Part shown: piece after piece, positions 27,896 to 40,578 of the stretch
How positions within the stretch are numbered: the stretch's first letter is position 1
Layout of the letters: every line of letters starts with the position of its first letter
NCBI GenBank assembly: GCA_964016885.1
Contig: OZ024740.1
Span: 431,644,001 to 431,708,000 of the forward strand
Length of the DNA stretch: 64,000 nt
From: Eledone cirrhosa
Lineage: Eukaryota
Reading direction: 5' to 3'
The notes under the pieces: model-generated
Database searches by the model: none
Seen by the model: the letters and a program-made list of their open reading frames with translations, nothing else
Told to the model about the DNA's origin: nothing
Made by a program: the position numbers and the translations under genes

Positions 27896-29199
27896 ATTAT
27901 ATATAGGAGGACTTATCTTACCAGTTGTTAGTATTATATATAGGAGAGGACTTATCTTAGCAGTTGTTAGTATTATATATAGGAGAGGACTTATCTTACC
28001 AGTGGTTAGTACTATATATAGGAGAGGACTTATCTTACCAGTTGTTAGTATTATATATAGGAGGACTTATCTTACCAGTTGTTAGTATTATATATAGGAG
28101 AGGACTTATCTTACCATTGGTTAGTATTATATATAGGACAGGATTTACCGTATCATTGGTTAGTATTATATATATGAGAGGACTTATCTTACCATTGGTT
28201 AGTATTATATATGGGAGGGGACTTATCTTACCAGTTGTTAGTATTATATATAGGAGAGGACTTATCTTACCAATGGTTAGTATATATAGAAGATTTACCG
28301 TACCATTGGATTGTATTATATATATGAGAGGACTTATCTTACCATTGGTTAGTATTATATATAGAAGAGGACTTATCTTACCAGTTGTTAGTATTATATA
28401 TAGGAGAGGACTTATCTTATCATTGGTTAGTATTATATATAGGAGGGGACTTATCTTATCATTGGTTAGTACTATATATAGGAGAGGACTTATCTTATCA
28501 TTGGTTAGTATTATATATAGGAGGGGACTTATCTTATCATTGGTTAGTATTATATATAGGAGAGGACTTATCTTATCATTGGTTAGTATTATATATAGGA
28601 GGGGACTTACCATTGGTTAGTATTATATATAGAAGAGGAGTTATCTTACCAGTTGTTAGTATTATATATAGGAGAGGACTTATCTTACCAGTTGTTAGTA
28701 TTATATATAGGAGAGGACTTATCTTATCATTGGTTAGTATTATATATAGGCTGGGACTTATCTTATCATTGGTTAGTATTATATATAGGAGGGGACTTAT
28801 CTTACCATTGGTTAGTATTATATATAGGAGAGGACTTATCTTACCATTGGTTTGTATTATATATAGAAGAGGACTTATCTTACCAGTTGTTTGTATTATA
28901 TATAGGAGAGGACTTATCTTACCATTGGTTAGTATTATATATAGGAGGGGACTTATCTTAGCAGTTGTTAGTATTATATATAGCAGAGGATTTATCTTAC
29001 CAGTTGTTAGTATTATATATAGGACAGGACTTATCTTACCAGTTGTTAGTATTATATATAGGAGAAGACTTATCTTACCAGTTGTTTAGTTTTCTGTGTA
29101 GAAGAGGACTATCTTAACATAATACAGTTGTAGTAACTTTCTTTAATGTCAATTCTTCACAAATATTTTTATCTCCATGTAAACTACTATTGCATCGTA

Positions 29200-29550
29200 T
29201 ATAAACTACCATAGTATGGTATGGTATGTTACATAAACTACCATAGCATGGTATGGTATATAAACTACTATAGTATGGTATGTTATATAAACTACTATAG
29301 TATAGTATGGTATATAAACTACCATAGTATGGTATGGTATATAAACTTCTACAGTATGGTATGGTATATAAACTACCATAGTATGGTATGGTATATAAAC
29401 ATCCATAGTATGATATATACACTACTATAGTATGGTATGGTATATATACTACCATAGTATCATATGGTATGGTATATAAACTACTATAGTATAGTATTGT
29501 ATGGTATACAAACTACAATAGTATGGTATATAAACTACGATAGTATGGTA
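29200..29550. repeat. 27-bp minisatellite
   Basis: ATAAACTACCATAGTATGGTATGGTAT, about 13 degenerate copies. Confidence 0.92.
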
Positions 29551-30254
29551 TAATTAGCAGGGTTAGTCACCACATATAGGTTCCACCATTGATTTTATAG
29601 GTTTTAATAAGTTAATGGAGTGACACAATTGAGTGTCAGGTTATAAATGTAACACAGCATCTGTTATGTCTTCTTTACTTTTGATCTTGTTTGATGGGGA
29701 TGAGGTCAGTGATCCTAGAGGAACCCTCCTGTGTAGAGCTGACCAGGTCTAACAGTTCCTTCCATCCCACCAGTCCCCCCTACTCCCCCACTCCCTCCAT
29801 CCCCCCACTCTCACTAGTCCCACCATTCCTGTGCCAACCCCAACATCCAAAGTGATGTTGGGCCACTGGAGATCTTCCTTAATTACATCTGGTGCCGGGC
29901 CTCAACTTATAGCTGCTATGTTGTACAAGAGTAAGGCCCTGCTAGGATGATCTGGTGTGAGGTGTAGGACATGTCCGTACCAACCATCTCATGTCCTGAG
30001 TTCAAATCCTTGGTGAAGCTCAGTGATCTTCCTCACAAACTTATGGCTTTGTCTCAGAAATTAACGACTCAATAACTTTTGGGGGTTCTTTTACTAATAT
30101 TTAACGATGTAGTGGTCTTCATCACATTCCTTTAATTGGTTGACTCAAATTGTTTTTGTTGTTATTGCTAATGTTTAGCCCAAGGTAAGATCTAATTTAT
30201 GACCAAAGATTTTCCGGCCATGACCATCTTGTTTGTTTGTCATGCTGCATATAT

Positions 30255-30330
30255 CATCATCATCATTTAACGTCCATTTACCATGCTAGCATGGGTTAGA
30301 CGTCCTGTCCCGTTGTGTGACAGCCAGGCC
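30255..30330 (-). mobile_element. 3' tail fragment of an RTE-related SINE/LINE
   Basis: Reverse complement CGTCTAACCCATGCTAGCATGGTAAATGGACGTTAAATGATGATGATGA; same tail at 42310-42360 and 44330-44385. Confidence 0.7.
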
Positions 30331-30333
30331 AGA

Positions 30334-30337
<4 letters not shown>

Positions 30338-30380
<43 letters not shown>

Positions 30381-30422
30381 AAAGGATAACAAGGACGATT
30401 GATTACTCCTTCATTGCATTCA

Positions 30423-30456
<34 letters not shown>
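30338..30456. repeat. Two (TA)n microsatellites
   Basis: Direct observation. Confidence 0.95.
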
Positions 30457-30460
<4 letters not shown>

Positions 30461-30787
30461 ATGTTTTGTATATGTCCTATTTGTAAAGTGTGTTTGAGGA
30501 GGATTTAGCTGGTGATGGTGGTGTGTGAGTTATGGTGGGGTGAGGTGGAGGTGAGGTGGGAGTGTGTGTGTTAGGTATGGTGGGGGTGGGGTTTGTGAGG
30601 TGAGGTAAGGGTGTGGTGGGGGTGAAGTGACATGAGTGGGGGAGGAGGAGATCTCAATGTTTTGCCAGATAAATTTCTGTTCTTCATCCCAAACTAATTT
30701 AATCCTCTTTGTGAAATGTTGCTAAGATAGAGACAATCTGTTAACTGGTTTAAACCCCTGCCACCTGTTCCTCAGGTACCTTTAGGG

Positions 30788-31098
30788 CAGGGGTAGACAA
30801 ACTTTTCTTGCAAAGGGGTGGCCCTTTGACACAAATATCTGTAATGTCCCTAGTGTGCTCCATTCTACAAAACCCTGAATTTACTAAATGATGTATTTTT
30901 TTGTCTCATAAAATAATTATTATTGCTCCAACTGTATTATTTAAAATACAGTCATGTATATGTAACTGATCTCTGACCTTTACAAAGTGTTGAGGGAACA
31001 AAGTTAATATAAAGAGTGATGTGCCCAGAGATGTTATAAAATAGCTTATAAAATAGGGTGAAGACTCTTAAAGACAGAAAAAAAGTTGCCATCAGCCG
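30788..31098. mobile_element. Possible degenerate hAT-type MITE
   Basis: Left end CAGGGGTAGACAAACTTTT, right end AAAAGTTGCCATCAGCCG; imperfect 8-bp flanks CTTTAGGG/CTATAAGG. Confidence 0.35.
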
Positions 31099-31131
31099 CT
31101 ATAAGGAACCTAACCCTAAACCAGCTGATGG

Positions 31132-31357
31132 TAACTTCTTTAGAATTTAAACCGGCCGTATCAGGCCAGAATTTTCTTACCTCTCTGTTCAAACCGGCCA
31201 TAACTAGCTGCTCATACTTATGTTAAGGTATTGTTCTCAAAATAAATAACATCATAGTCTCGTAGATTTGATATTATATGAAATAATTATGTAAGTTAAA
31301 GCCTTTACCATAAAAATACAGTAGCAAATATAAAGTAATGTAAATGCTAAAGGGTTA
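31132..31357. mobile_element. Possible piggyBac-like MITE remnant
   Basis: Right end AATGCTAAAGGGTTAA (TTAA target) with a degenerate inverted left end TAACTTCTTTAGAATT. Confidence 0.35.
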
Positions 31358-31504
31358 AGGCTTTTCACCCTATCTTATAGCATCTCCACACATGAACACA
31401 CAATTCTTTATATCAACATAAAATAGCAACTGATTAAACTGAATCTAATATTGTTACTTTGTTATTGAATTGTCACCTTAAACTCTTGATATTTCTGTTG
31501 TTAC

Positions 31505-31621
31505 CTGAGGCCTGTACATGTTTGTTGTCATCAGGACTTAACATAACTGTAGTTATATACACCTTGAAGAACTTGCTGTAGATTGGAAGGTTTGTTTGAT
31601 GGTGTGTACAACTGATTGAAG
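31505..31621 (-). other. Candidate 117-bp exon of an unidentified minus-strand gene
   Basis: Acceptor CTTTGTGTGTTCAG|, donor CAG|GTAACA, one open frame (SISCTHHQTNLPIYSKFFKVYITTVMLSPDDNKHVQAS) in phase 1-1; no recognised homology. Confidence 0.3.
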
Positions 31622-31842
31622 CTGAACACACAAAGCGACGAGATGATGAAATGACAGCCTGGCACCATTGTCAAAACCAACCATCCATTCTGTACTGAGA
31701 GTTTCACAGCATATGAAGTCTTTCAGGTTATGTGAAGCTGAATGTCTACTGATATAACTTGTTTATTTCCTTATGTATGTAGGTAATTGAACAAGGATCA
31801 GTAATTCATAATTTTCTATTTCAACACAATGAAGCACAATAA

Positions 31843-34703
31843 ATTGTTGAACTGTTGAACTATAGAACTGAAGAACTGTTGAACTGTTGAACTGTTGAAC
31901 TGTAGAACTGAAGAACTGTTAAACTGTAGAACTGTTGAACTGTAAAACTATAGAATTGTAGAACTGTAGAATTGTTGAACTGTAGAATTGCTGAACTGTA
32001 GAACTGTAGAACTGTAGAACTGTAGAATTGTTGAACTGTAGAACTGTAGAATTGTTGAACTGTAGAATTGTTGAACTGTAGAATTGTAGAATTGTTGAAC
32101 TGTAGAATTGTAGAATTGTTGAACTGTAGAACTGTAGAATTGTAGAACTGTAGAATTGTTGAACTGTAGAACTGTAGAATTGTTGAACTGTAGAACTGTA
32201 GAATTGTTGAACTGTAGAACTGTAGAATTGTTGAACTGTAGAACTGTAGAATTGTTGAACTGTAGAACTGTAGAATTGTTGAACTGTAGAACTGTAGAAC
32301 TGTAGAATTGTTGAACTGTAGAACTGTAGAATTGTTGAACTGTAGAATTGTTGAACTGTAGAACTGTAGAATTGTAGAACTGTAGAACTGTAGAATTGTT
32401 GAACTGTAGAATTGTTGAACTGTAGAACTGTAGAATTGTTGAACTGTAGAACTGTAGAATTGTTGAACTGTAGAATTGTTGAACTGTAGAACTGTAGAAT
32501 TGTTGAACTGTAGAATTGTTGAACTGTAGAACTGTAGAACTGTAGAATTATAGAACTGTAGAATTGTAGAATTGTAGAACTGTAGAACTGTAGAACTGTA
32601 GAATTATAGAACTGTAGAACTGTAGAATTATAGAACTGTAGAATTGTAGAACTGTAGAATTATAGAACTGTAGAACTGTTGAATTATAGAATTATAGAAC
32701 TGTAGAACTGTAGAATTATAGAACTGTAGAACTGTAGAACTGTAGAATTGTAGAACTGTAGAATTGTTGAACTGTAGAATTGTTGAACTGTAGAATTGTT
32801 GAACTGTAGAATTGTAGAATTGTTGAATTGTAGAATTGTTGAACTGTAGAACTGTAGAATTGTTGAACTGTAGAACTGTAGAATTGTTGAACTGTAGAAC
32901 TGTAGAATTGTTGAACTGTAGAACTGTAGAACTGTAGAATTGTTGAACTGTAGAATTGTTGAACTGTAGAACTGTAGAATTGTTGAACTGTAGAACTGTA
33001 GAATTGTTGAACTGTAGAACTGTAGAACTGTAGAATTGTAGAACTGTAGAATTGTTGAACTGTAGAACTGTAGAATTGTTGAACTGTAGAACTGTAGAAT
33101 TGTTGAACTGTAGAACTGTAGAATTGTTGAACTGTAGAATTGTAGAACTGTAGAATTGTAGAACTGTAGAACTGTAGAATTATAGAATTGTAGAACTGTA
33201 GAACTGAAGAACTGTAGAACTGTAGAACTGTAGAACTGTAGAATTATAGAATTATAGAACTGTAGAACTGTAGAATTATAGAATTATAGAATTGTAGAAC
33301 TGTAGAACTGTAGAATTATAGAACTGTAGAATTATAGAACTGTAGAACTGTAGAATTATAGAACTGTAGAATTGTTGAACTGTAGAACTGTAGAACTGTA
33401 GAATTGAAGAACTGTAGAATTGTAGAACTGTAGAATTGAAGAACTGTAGAACTGTAGAATTGAAGAACTGTAGAACTGTAGAATTATAGAACTGTAGAAT
33501 TGTAGAACTGTAGAATTGAAGAACTGTAGAATTGTAGAACTGTAGAATTGTAGAACTGTAGAACTGTAGAATTGAAGAACTGTAGAACTGTAGAATTGTA
33601 GAATTGTAGAATTGTAGAACTGTAGAATTGTTGAACTGTAGAATTGAAGAACTGTAGAATTGAAGAACTGTAGAACTGTAGAATTGAAGAACTGTAGAAT
33701 TGTAGAATTGTAGAACTGTAGAATTGTTGAACTGTAGAATTGTAGAATTGTAGAACTGTAGAATTGTTGAACTGTAGAACTGTAGAATTGTAGAACTGTA
33801 GAATTGAAGAACTGTAGAACTGTAGAATTGTAGAATTGTTGAACTGTAGAATTGTAGAATTGTAGAACTGTAGAACTGTAGAATTATAGAACTGTAGAAT
33901 TGTAGAACTGTAGAATTGTTGAACTGTAGAACTGTAGAATTGTTGAACTGTAGAACTGTAGAATTGTTGAACTGTAGAATTGTAGAATTGTTGAACTGTA
34001 GAATTGTAGAACTGTAGAATTGTAGAACTGTAGAATTGTAGAACTGTAGAACTGTAGAATTGTAGAATTGTAGAACTGTAGAATTGTAGAATTATAGAAC
34101 TGTAGAACTGTAGAACTGTAGAATTGTAGAACTGTAGAATTGTTGAACTGTAGAACTGTAGAATTGTTGAACTGCAGAACTGTAGAATTGTTGAACTGTA
34201 GAATTGTAGAATTGTAGAACTGTAGAATTGTAGAATTGTTGAACTGTAGAACTGTAGAATTGTTGAACTGTAGAACTGTAGAATTGTAGAACTGTAGAAT
34301 TGTTGAACTGTAGAACTGTAGAATTGTAGAACTGTAGAATTGTAGAACTGTAGAATTGTAGAACTGTAGAATTGTAGAACTGTAGAATTGTAGAATTGTA
34401 GAACTGTAGAATTGTAGAATTGTAGAATTGTAGAACTGTAGAACTGTAGAATTGTAGAACTGTAGAATTGTTGAACTGTAGAACTGTAGAATTGTTGAAC
34501 TGCAGAACTGTAGAATTGTTGAACTGTAGAATTGTAGAACTGTAGAATTGTAGAACTGTAGAATTGTAGAACTGTAGAATTGTAGAACTGTAGAATTGTA
34601 GAACTGTAGAATTGTTGAACTGTAGAACTGTAGAATTGTAGAACTGTAGAATTGTTGAACTGTAGAACTGTAGAATTGTAGAACTGTAGAATTGTAGAAC
34701 TGA
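31843..34703. repeat. 8-bp tandem repeat array (~355 units)
   Basis: TGTAGAAC/TGTAGAAT/TGTTGAAC/TATAGAAC/TGAAGAAC variants in register. Confidence 0.98.
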
Positions 34704-35789
34704 AGCGAGTATGTAACAATAATAACACAATGTAATTCTGTGGCAACAGAAAATACTGTGTACTCCTCAAACTGTCAGAGTATACTTCGAACCTGTTAAA
34801 TAAATTGTGTACCCCCATTTAGCTGAAGTATAATATGTAGTTAAAGAACATGAGCACACTTGAAACACGTGATTGTGGTATGATTGGCTGTCATTAAATA
34901 ATTAAACAATTACACAGCACTTGTTAGATAACATTCAATACGAGTTCAATACACGACAATAGTTCTGGTAAAACACCTGTATAATCAATCTAATGATGAA
35001 GAACATTCAGGTGGAAAGTTACCCGTTGAAATGTTGCTTGGTCAGATATGTGTCTTCTTTAGGAGTACGAAACCTGGGATGCAATCTTGTTCAGGTAATA
35101 ACAGCTGACTTTCACGTTAGTGTTGTTGAAAAGTTTCTGTTATCTGGGATTAAGAAATTCCCGTCATGACGATCCTGCTCGTTTTGAAAGGTATGATATA
35201 TCCAACACTACATTATCCTCAATAGATATGTCTCATATTTTAGGTGCAATTTGAAAGAGATTTGGCTTCTACTTCTAGCTAGACAAGCGACCATGTTGAA
35301 GTTTCCTCATTGTCTTATATAGGGATGCGTTTACCTGCGGTCAGATCTAGAATGTCTAAAATGTTATCTATTCTTAGATTCATAATAATGTTGAGGTTGA
35401 AGCTGTACACTTTAAATATTCTTATGCATGGCGTAGGAAATTGTTAAACCAATATCTTTATAAAATCTGGAGTTCTGGGGAGGGAGTCATTTGTTGAGAG
35501 TATCTAGATATAAATGTCCTACCAGCTTGGATACGTCCCTCATCATTTTTACATCCACTTTTTTTATGCTTTCATGGGTTGGATGGGTTCTTCTCAGCAT
35601 GGCAGCTCTCCACTTGTCTTCTTTCCTCATCTCAGTGATTTGAGGTCAGCTCTCACCACCTCTGCCCAGGTCTTTCTTGGTCTACTTCCACTGGAATTTA
35701 CTGGCACTTCTTCACCCAGTAATCATCATCCAGGTGCCTCACATGTCTGTACCAACATTATCTTTTCTATATGAATGTATCTATCAACA

Positions 35790-36320
35790 TAGAAACATTG
35801 TCCTTATTAAAAACTCATTTCCCAACCACAAACAAATGCCACAAAACTATTCAAGACCAATAACATGGAAATATTGTTGGGGTAGTATTGTTTCCAAGAT
35901 TTCACAACACAATCTAAAACACTGAACTGGCCAACTCAACTCCAATGGCCAGTTAGTAACTGAGAAATCCTTTACATTGCCTCTTAGTATCATGTCTTTC
36001 TAAGGTGGAAATATATAGAGCAACAAAGGAATTATATTGGACTCCCCACAAATACCTTCAAAATCAGATTCAACCAACATATACAATTATTCTGGCCATA
36101 AAAGAGAATTCTACCTTTTTATCAAAATATGCCTGGAAATTAAGGGATAGCAGAATGGAAAGTGTTCTCATAACATAGAATATCATGGATAGAACACCAA
36201 TAAAACAAGGAGGCGTAACTTTTATATAACAGAGTAAATTCATATCCTGAAACAGTCACCAAGATCACTAAACAGATCTCAAATCTTATTTCTTATCACA
36301 AAGTTATTTCTTTAAAAAAA
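35790..36320 (+). pseudogene. Decayed Penelope-like element (GIY-YIG endonuclease region)
   Basis: Broken frames LIKNSFPNHK...SIVSKISQHN and NYIGLPTNTFKIRFNQH...NSTFLSKYAWKLRD match the YIG-x-T...FK-x-R...H...ST-x-LSKY-x-W pattern of PLE endonucleases; stops and frameshifts present. Confidence 0.65.
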
Positions 36321-36649
36321 CGATAACTTCCCAAACCCACAAAGTATTTAAACCCAAACCCAAACACAGTAGCCTGTCAGCCCCAACCAAATATTGTTCT
36401 CTTCTCAGTACAGTAGCAGTAAATCACTCACAAGTCCTATCAGAACCTGTAAGAGCATGATATAATTGTTCATCTGACCAATGTTAACCCGAGAGGATCC
36501 AACCAGTGTTTTATCATCAGTTTAATGTCACTTGAAAAACATTACATGAAACTGTGAATAGAGACAGGGAATAATCAGATAATATATCAACTATGGCTGG
36601 CTTAAGAAGCATTGGAAAAATGGGAAATCTGAAATGCAGGAGTTCCAAT

Positions 36650-37053
36650 GTAAATGACAACAATGAGTCTCTCCTTCTTCACCCACTTATTTATGAGAGG
36701 GTTGTGGGGGAAGATTCCTCAAACACTCCTTCCAGCAGGTCCTGTCAGAAGCAACCATCTCAAACTTACCTAACTGGATCCCCAAGCAAGATCAACCAGC
36801 CTCATGGATGTTATCCAACCATCTTGCTCGGGGTCAACCCCTGGGTCTTCTGCCAGTTGGTTTTGTTAATAAAATCTGTCCAGTAATTCTTTCCTGAGGC
36901 ATTCTAACCACATGTCCATAGTACCAGAGCTGTGATCTCTCAATCCAGAGAAGTAGTGTCTCTACCAGGAGTGGATATCTGATCACCGAGCTATGCATTC
37001 TATCAAGTCATGTTATTCCAAAGATCCTTCAGAGGAATCCTATCTCAGCCACT
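36650..37053 (-). pseudogene. Decayed RTE-clade LINE 3' fragment
   Basis: Minus frame LVETLLLWIERSQLWYYGHVVRMPQERI resembles the RTE C-terminal IERSQLRW-x-GH-x-x-RM motif. Confidence 0.7.
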
Positions 37054-37549
37054 TGTGAGAGAGAGAGAGAGAGAGAGAATTCATGTAGATGTGTTAGAGA
37101 GAAGGGGGGGGGGGGGAGTCAGGAAAATTATAGACTTGGTCAACTGGTCAAGAAGTTCACTTCTCAAATTAAGTCTCAAGTTTGTTAAAACTGTGCAACA
37201 CTTTCGGAAACTGTCTTCTACCCTCTCTTTCACATTAGGGACATTGTGTAGATGTGTGAGAGTGAATTTGTGAAGATGTATGTGTGCGTGTGGAATTGTA
37301 TAAATGTGTTGTGCTGTGTTGTGGTGCGGCGTGGCGCGGTTAGTGCGGTGCATGTGTGTTAGACGTGAAATTAACAGTTTATATTTCAGCCTGTTTCAAC
37401 ATCCAAAAGTCAGCATAAACCTGAGCAGGGAGGGGGGGGGGGAGCAGTGTGAGTAGGGCATGTTGGAGGGAGGGGAGGGCTGAGTGACCAGGAGAGTGGA
37501 GACAGTCAGTGGAGTAGAAGTTGGTGTAGTAGCTAGAGCAAATGGAGCG

Positions 37550-37735
37550 AGAGTGTAGATGTATGAGTGAGGGTGTAGATGAGTGTGAGTGTAGATGAGT
37601 GAGTGACGGTATAGATGAGTGAGGGTGTAGATGAGTGAGGGTGTAGATGAGTGAGGGTGTAGATGAGTGTGAGTGTAGATGAGTGAGTGACGGTATAGAT
37701 GAGTGAGAGTGTAGATGAGTGAGGGTGTAGATGTG
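37550..37735. repeat. 16-bp minisatellite
   Basis: GAGTGAGGGTGTAGAT-like units. Confidence 0.85.
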
Positions 37736-38028
37736 TTAAACCTTCCTAAATAGTAAGGGATGCTAAATCTAACTTAAACCTTCTTAAATATTAGAAAGGG
37801 AAAATGTAGCTTTCTTTGGAAGACAATTTTAATTAGATATAGAGGGAGGGAGAGAGAGGTGGTGAAGAGATAGAGAGAGGGAGGGAGAGAGATATAGAGG
37901 GAGAGATATAGAGGGAGAGATATAGAGAGAGATATAGAGGGAGGGAGAGAGAGGTAGTGAAGAGAGATAGAGAGGGAGAGATATTCATAATTTACAGTGA
38001 ATCAACTGATCATCCATAGATATTTCTA

Positions 38029-38152
38029 ATAATAATAATAATCATTTCTACTTTAGGCACAAGGCCAGCAAGTTTGGGGGAAGGGGAAAGTCAATTAAAT
38101 CAACCCCAGTGTATTACTGGTACTTTATTTTATCGACCCTTTAATAATAATA
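38029..38152 (-). mobile_element. 3' half of a family A SINE in a (TAA)n tract
   Basis: TTTCTACTTTAGGCACAAGGCCAGCAA...CTGGTACTTTATTTTATCGACCC is the reverse complement of the SINE A 3' half. Confidence 0.75.
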
Positions 38153-38689
38153 ATAAAGAAAATGGTAAATCAGCTTCTTATATAAACTTAGGGGCAAATA
38201 TGACATGAACATCATCATCATCATAAATATGACATAATTCACTGTTTTAACAAATGACAAATATTTGTAAAAGAAGGAGGGTGGGGGAATTAAAATGGAA
38301 CTATTCCTGAATTAAATATTTGAAAATATCCTTTCTAAGTCTGAAATGAAGCTGTCTCTCTCACGTATGTCTAAAATGAAATTCATATATGTATGTTTGT
38401 GTGTGTGTACACACAAACAAGCATTTAAGGCCATTTCTTCCTGCTGAAACATGAATTAGACTTGTGAGGTCCACAACAAGCTTTTACCCCCTTCTGTCTA
38501 CTCCACCCACTTTCAGGTCTTCCTACTCCATAGCTTCCATCAACTTTGGTCGCCCTCAACCTTCTTATACAGCTGTCATTCTTCATATGCATGACATGAC
38601 CATACCAATCTCCTCTCCATCTCTGAAACCCAACTCAAAGTCCTCCTCCATGTGTGTGTATAACCTGACAATCTGAGGTGGAGTTTGTA

Positions 38690-39552
38690 GTCACACCAGT
38701 GTTTCTGTGTCACACACCAGTGTCTCTACACCAGACCAGTATTTCTGTGTCACACACCAGTGTCTCTACACCAGACCAGTATTTCTGTCACACACCAGTG
38801 TCTCTACACCAGACCAGTATTTCTGTGTCACACACCAGTGTCTCTACACCAGACCAGTATTTCTGTGTCACACACCAGTGTCTCTACACCAGACCAGTAT
38901 TTCTGTGTCACACACCAGTGTCTATGCCAGACCAATATTTCTGTGTCACACACCAGTGTCTACACCAGACCAGTGTTTCTGTGTCACACACTAGTGTCTA
39001 CGCCACACCAGTGTCTACGCCAGACCAGTATTTCTGTGTCACACACCAGTGTCTACGCCAGACCAGTGTTTCTGTGTCACACACCAGTGTTTCTACGCCA
39101 GACCAGTGTTTCTGTGTCACACACCAGTGTCTCTACGCCAGACCAGTGTTTCTGTGTCACACACCAGTGTCTCTACATCACACCACTGTGTGTCACACAC
39201 GAGTGTCTACGTCAGACCAGTGTTTCTGTGTCACACACCAGTGTCTCTACGTCACACCACTGTCACACATGAGTGTCTACGTCAGACCAGTGTTTCTGTG
39301 TCACACACCAGTGTCTCTACGTCACACCACTGTGTGTCACACACCAGTGTCTCTACGTCAGACCAGTGTTTCTGTGTCACACACCAGTGTCTCTACGTCA
39401 CACCAGTGTGTGTCACACACAAGTGTCTCTACGTCAGACCAGTGTTTCTGTGTCACACACCAGTGTCACTACGTCACACCAGTGTGTGTCACACACCAGT
39501 GTCTCTACATCAGACCAGTGTTTCTGTGTCACCCACCAATGTCTCTGTGTCA
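38690..39552. repeat. ~40-bp minisatellite
   Basis: CACACCAGTGTCTCTACACCAGACCAGTATTTCTGTGTCA and shorter derivatives. Confidence 0.95.
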
Positions 39553-40578
39553 GTTATATTGTATTTGACCAGAGAAACAAACAAGTGAAACTTTAGAGAA
39601 AATATAAGATTCTTACCTAAGTGGATTACTCAGCACTAAAGTATGGCATTATAAAAGTCTAGCAAACTGTCCCTTTCATAGAGAGAGAGAGATAGATAGA
39701 GAGAGAGGGGGAATGGAAAAATATCTAAATTTATCACAAGAATCCGAGAAGAAAACCCCATAAAGTATAAATATAGATGGGTGGCTAGGATATTGGTGTT
39801 TAATATTCTTCAAAGTTTACCATTCTACTGAAATACAAAATAAAAGAAACCAAACATCATTTGACGGCCATTTTTCCCTTTTCTCATTTCTGTATTTAGT
39901 ATGAAATATTTTATTTTTTAAGACAACCATTCTATTTAGCTGGGATCTGTGTAATTCCCTAAAGCTGGGGATGATCTCTGTAATCTCCCAACCCAATCAG
40001 TGTGTAGTCTATGACAAGTCATTCTTTACCATCTCTGCAAGTAAAACTGCCTGTGACATCTACACGACCCCACCCCCAAATAAACAAAATAAGGAAAGAA
40101 AGATGTATATGTCAAGAATGCTGATGTATTTTCATAGTAACTACTTTCCATGGCAAACATAAAATAACATGAGTAACATGCTTTCTGTTTTGCATTCCGG
40201 TTCCTCAGACCAAACATGCTGGCATATAAGTCATTATTGTTCATTTAATGAGTAAACTTTCATAATATATTTCCTCCGTTAAAACATCTCTGGAGAAGTT
40301 GATGTACCTTGATACATCCTTACTTTGCTATATCTTATATGCCAGCAGATATGGTATCTTTGCCACTGGTTTCAATTATCAGTTAGGAATATTTCCCAAT
40401 AACTCAGTTGTTTTCATCCTAAAAACTATTAGGAAAGTAACAACTTATCAAAGAAATTTAGCAAAAAAACTTTCTTTTTATATTTTAAGAAATAATTTGT
40501 TTATTTTTATCTCCAAAGACACAGAGGAGAATAAAAGGTATTAATCTGTTTTATTTAGAAAATGTTATGCTTTACAAT

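Larger units (their letters stand above)
2294..29115. repeat. 39-bp satellite array, roughly 640 monomers
   Basis: Consensus TTAGTATTATATATAGGAGAGGACTTATCTTACCA(GTT/TTG)G repeated head-to-tail; gives the 13-aa periodic pseudo-ORFs (VSIIYRRGLILPV). Confidence 0.99.

Noticed and set aside
2300-29089. Many ORFs (VSIIYRRGLILPV / GKISPLLYIILTT repeats)
   Set aside because: Translations of a 39-bp (3n) satellite with frequent frameshifts; no gene structure
2294-29115. CRISPR-like array
   Set aside because: Monomers are contiguous with no unique spacers, no cas genes, and a eukaryotic context
33484-34818. 444-aa minus-strand ORF
   Set aside because: Stop-free reading of the 8-bp repeat
37010-37353. 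Overlapping 87-90-aa ORFs
   Set aside because: Include GA/G/GT low-complexity tracts; no recognisable protein or splice support
38678-39596. Cys/His-rich ORFs resembling zinc fingers
   Set aside because: All three frames give the same cycling peptide from a 40-bp repeat; no C2H2 spacing or linkers
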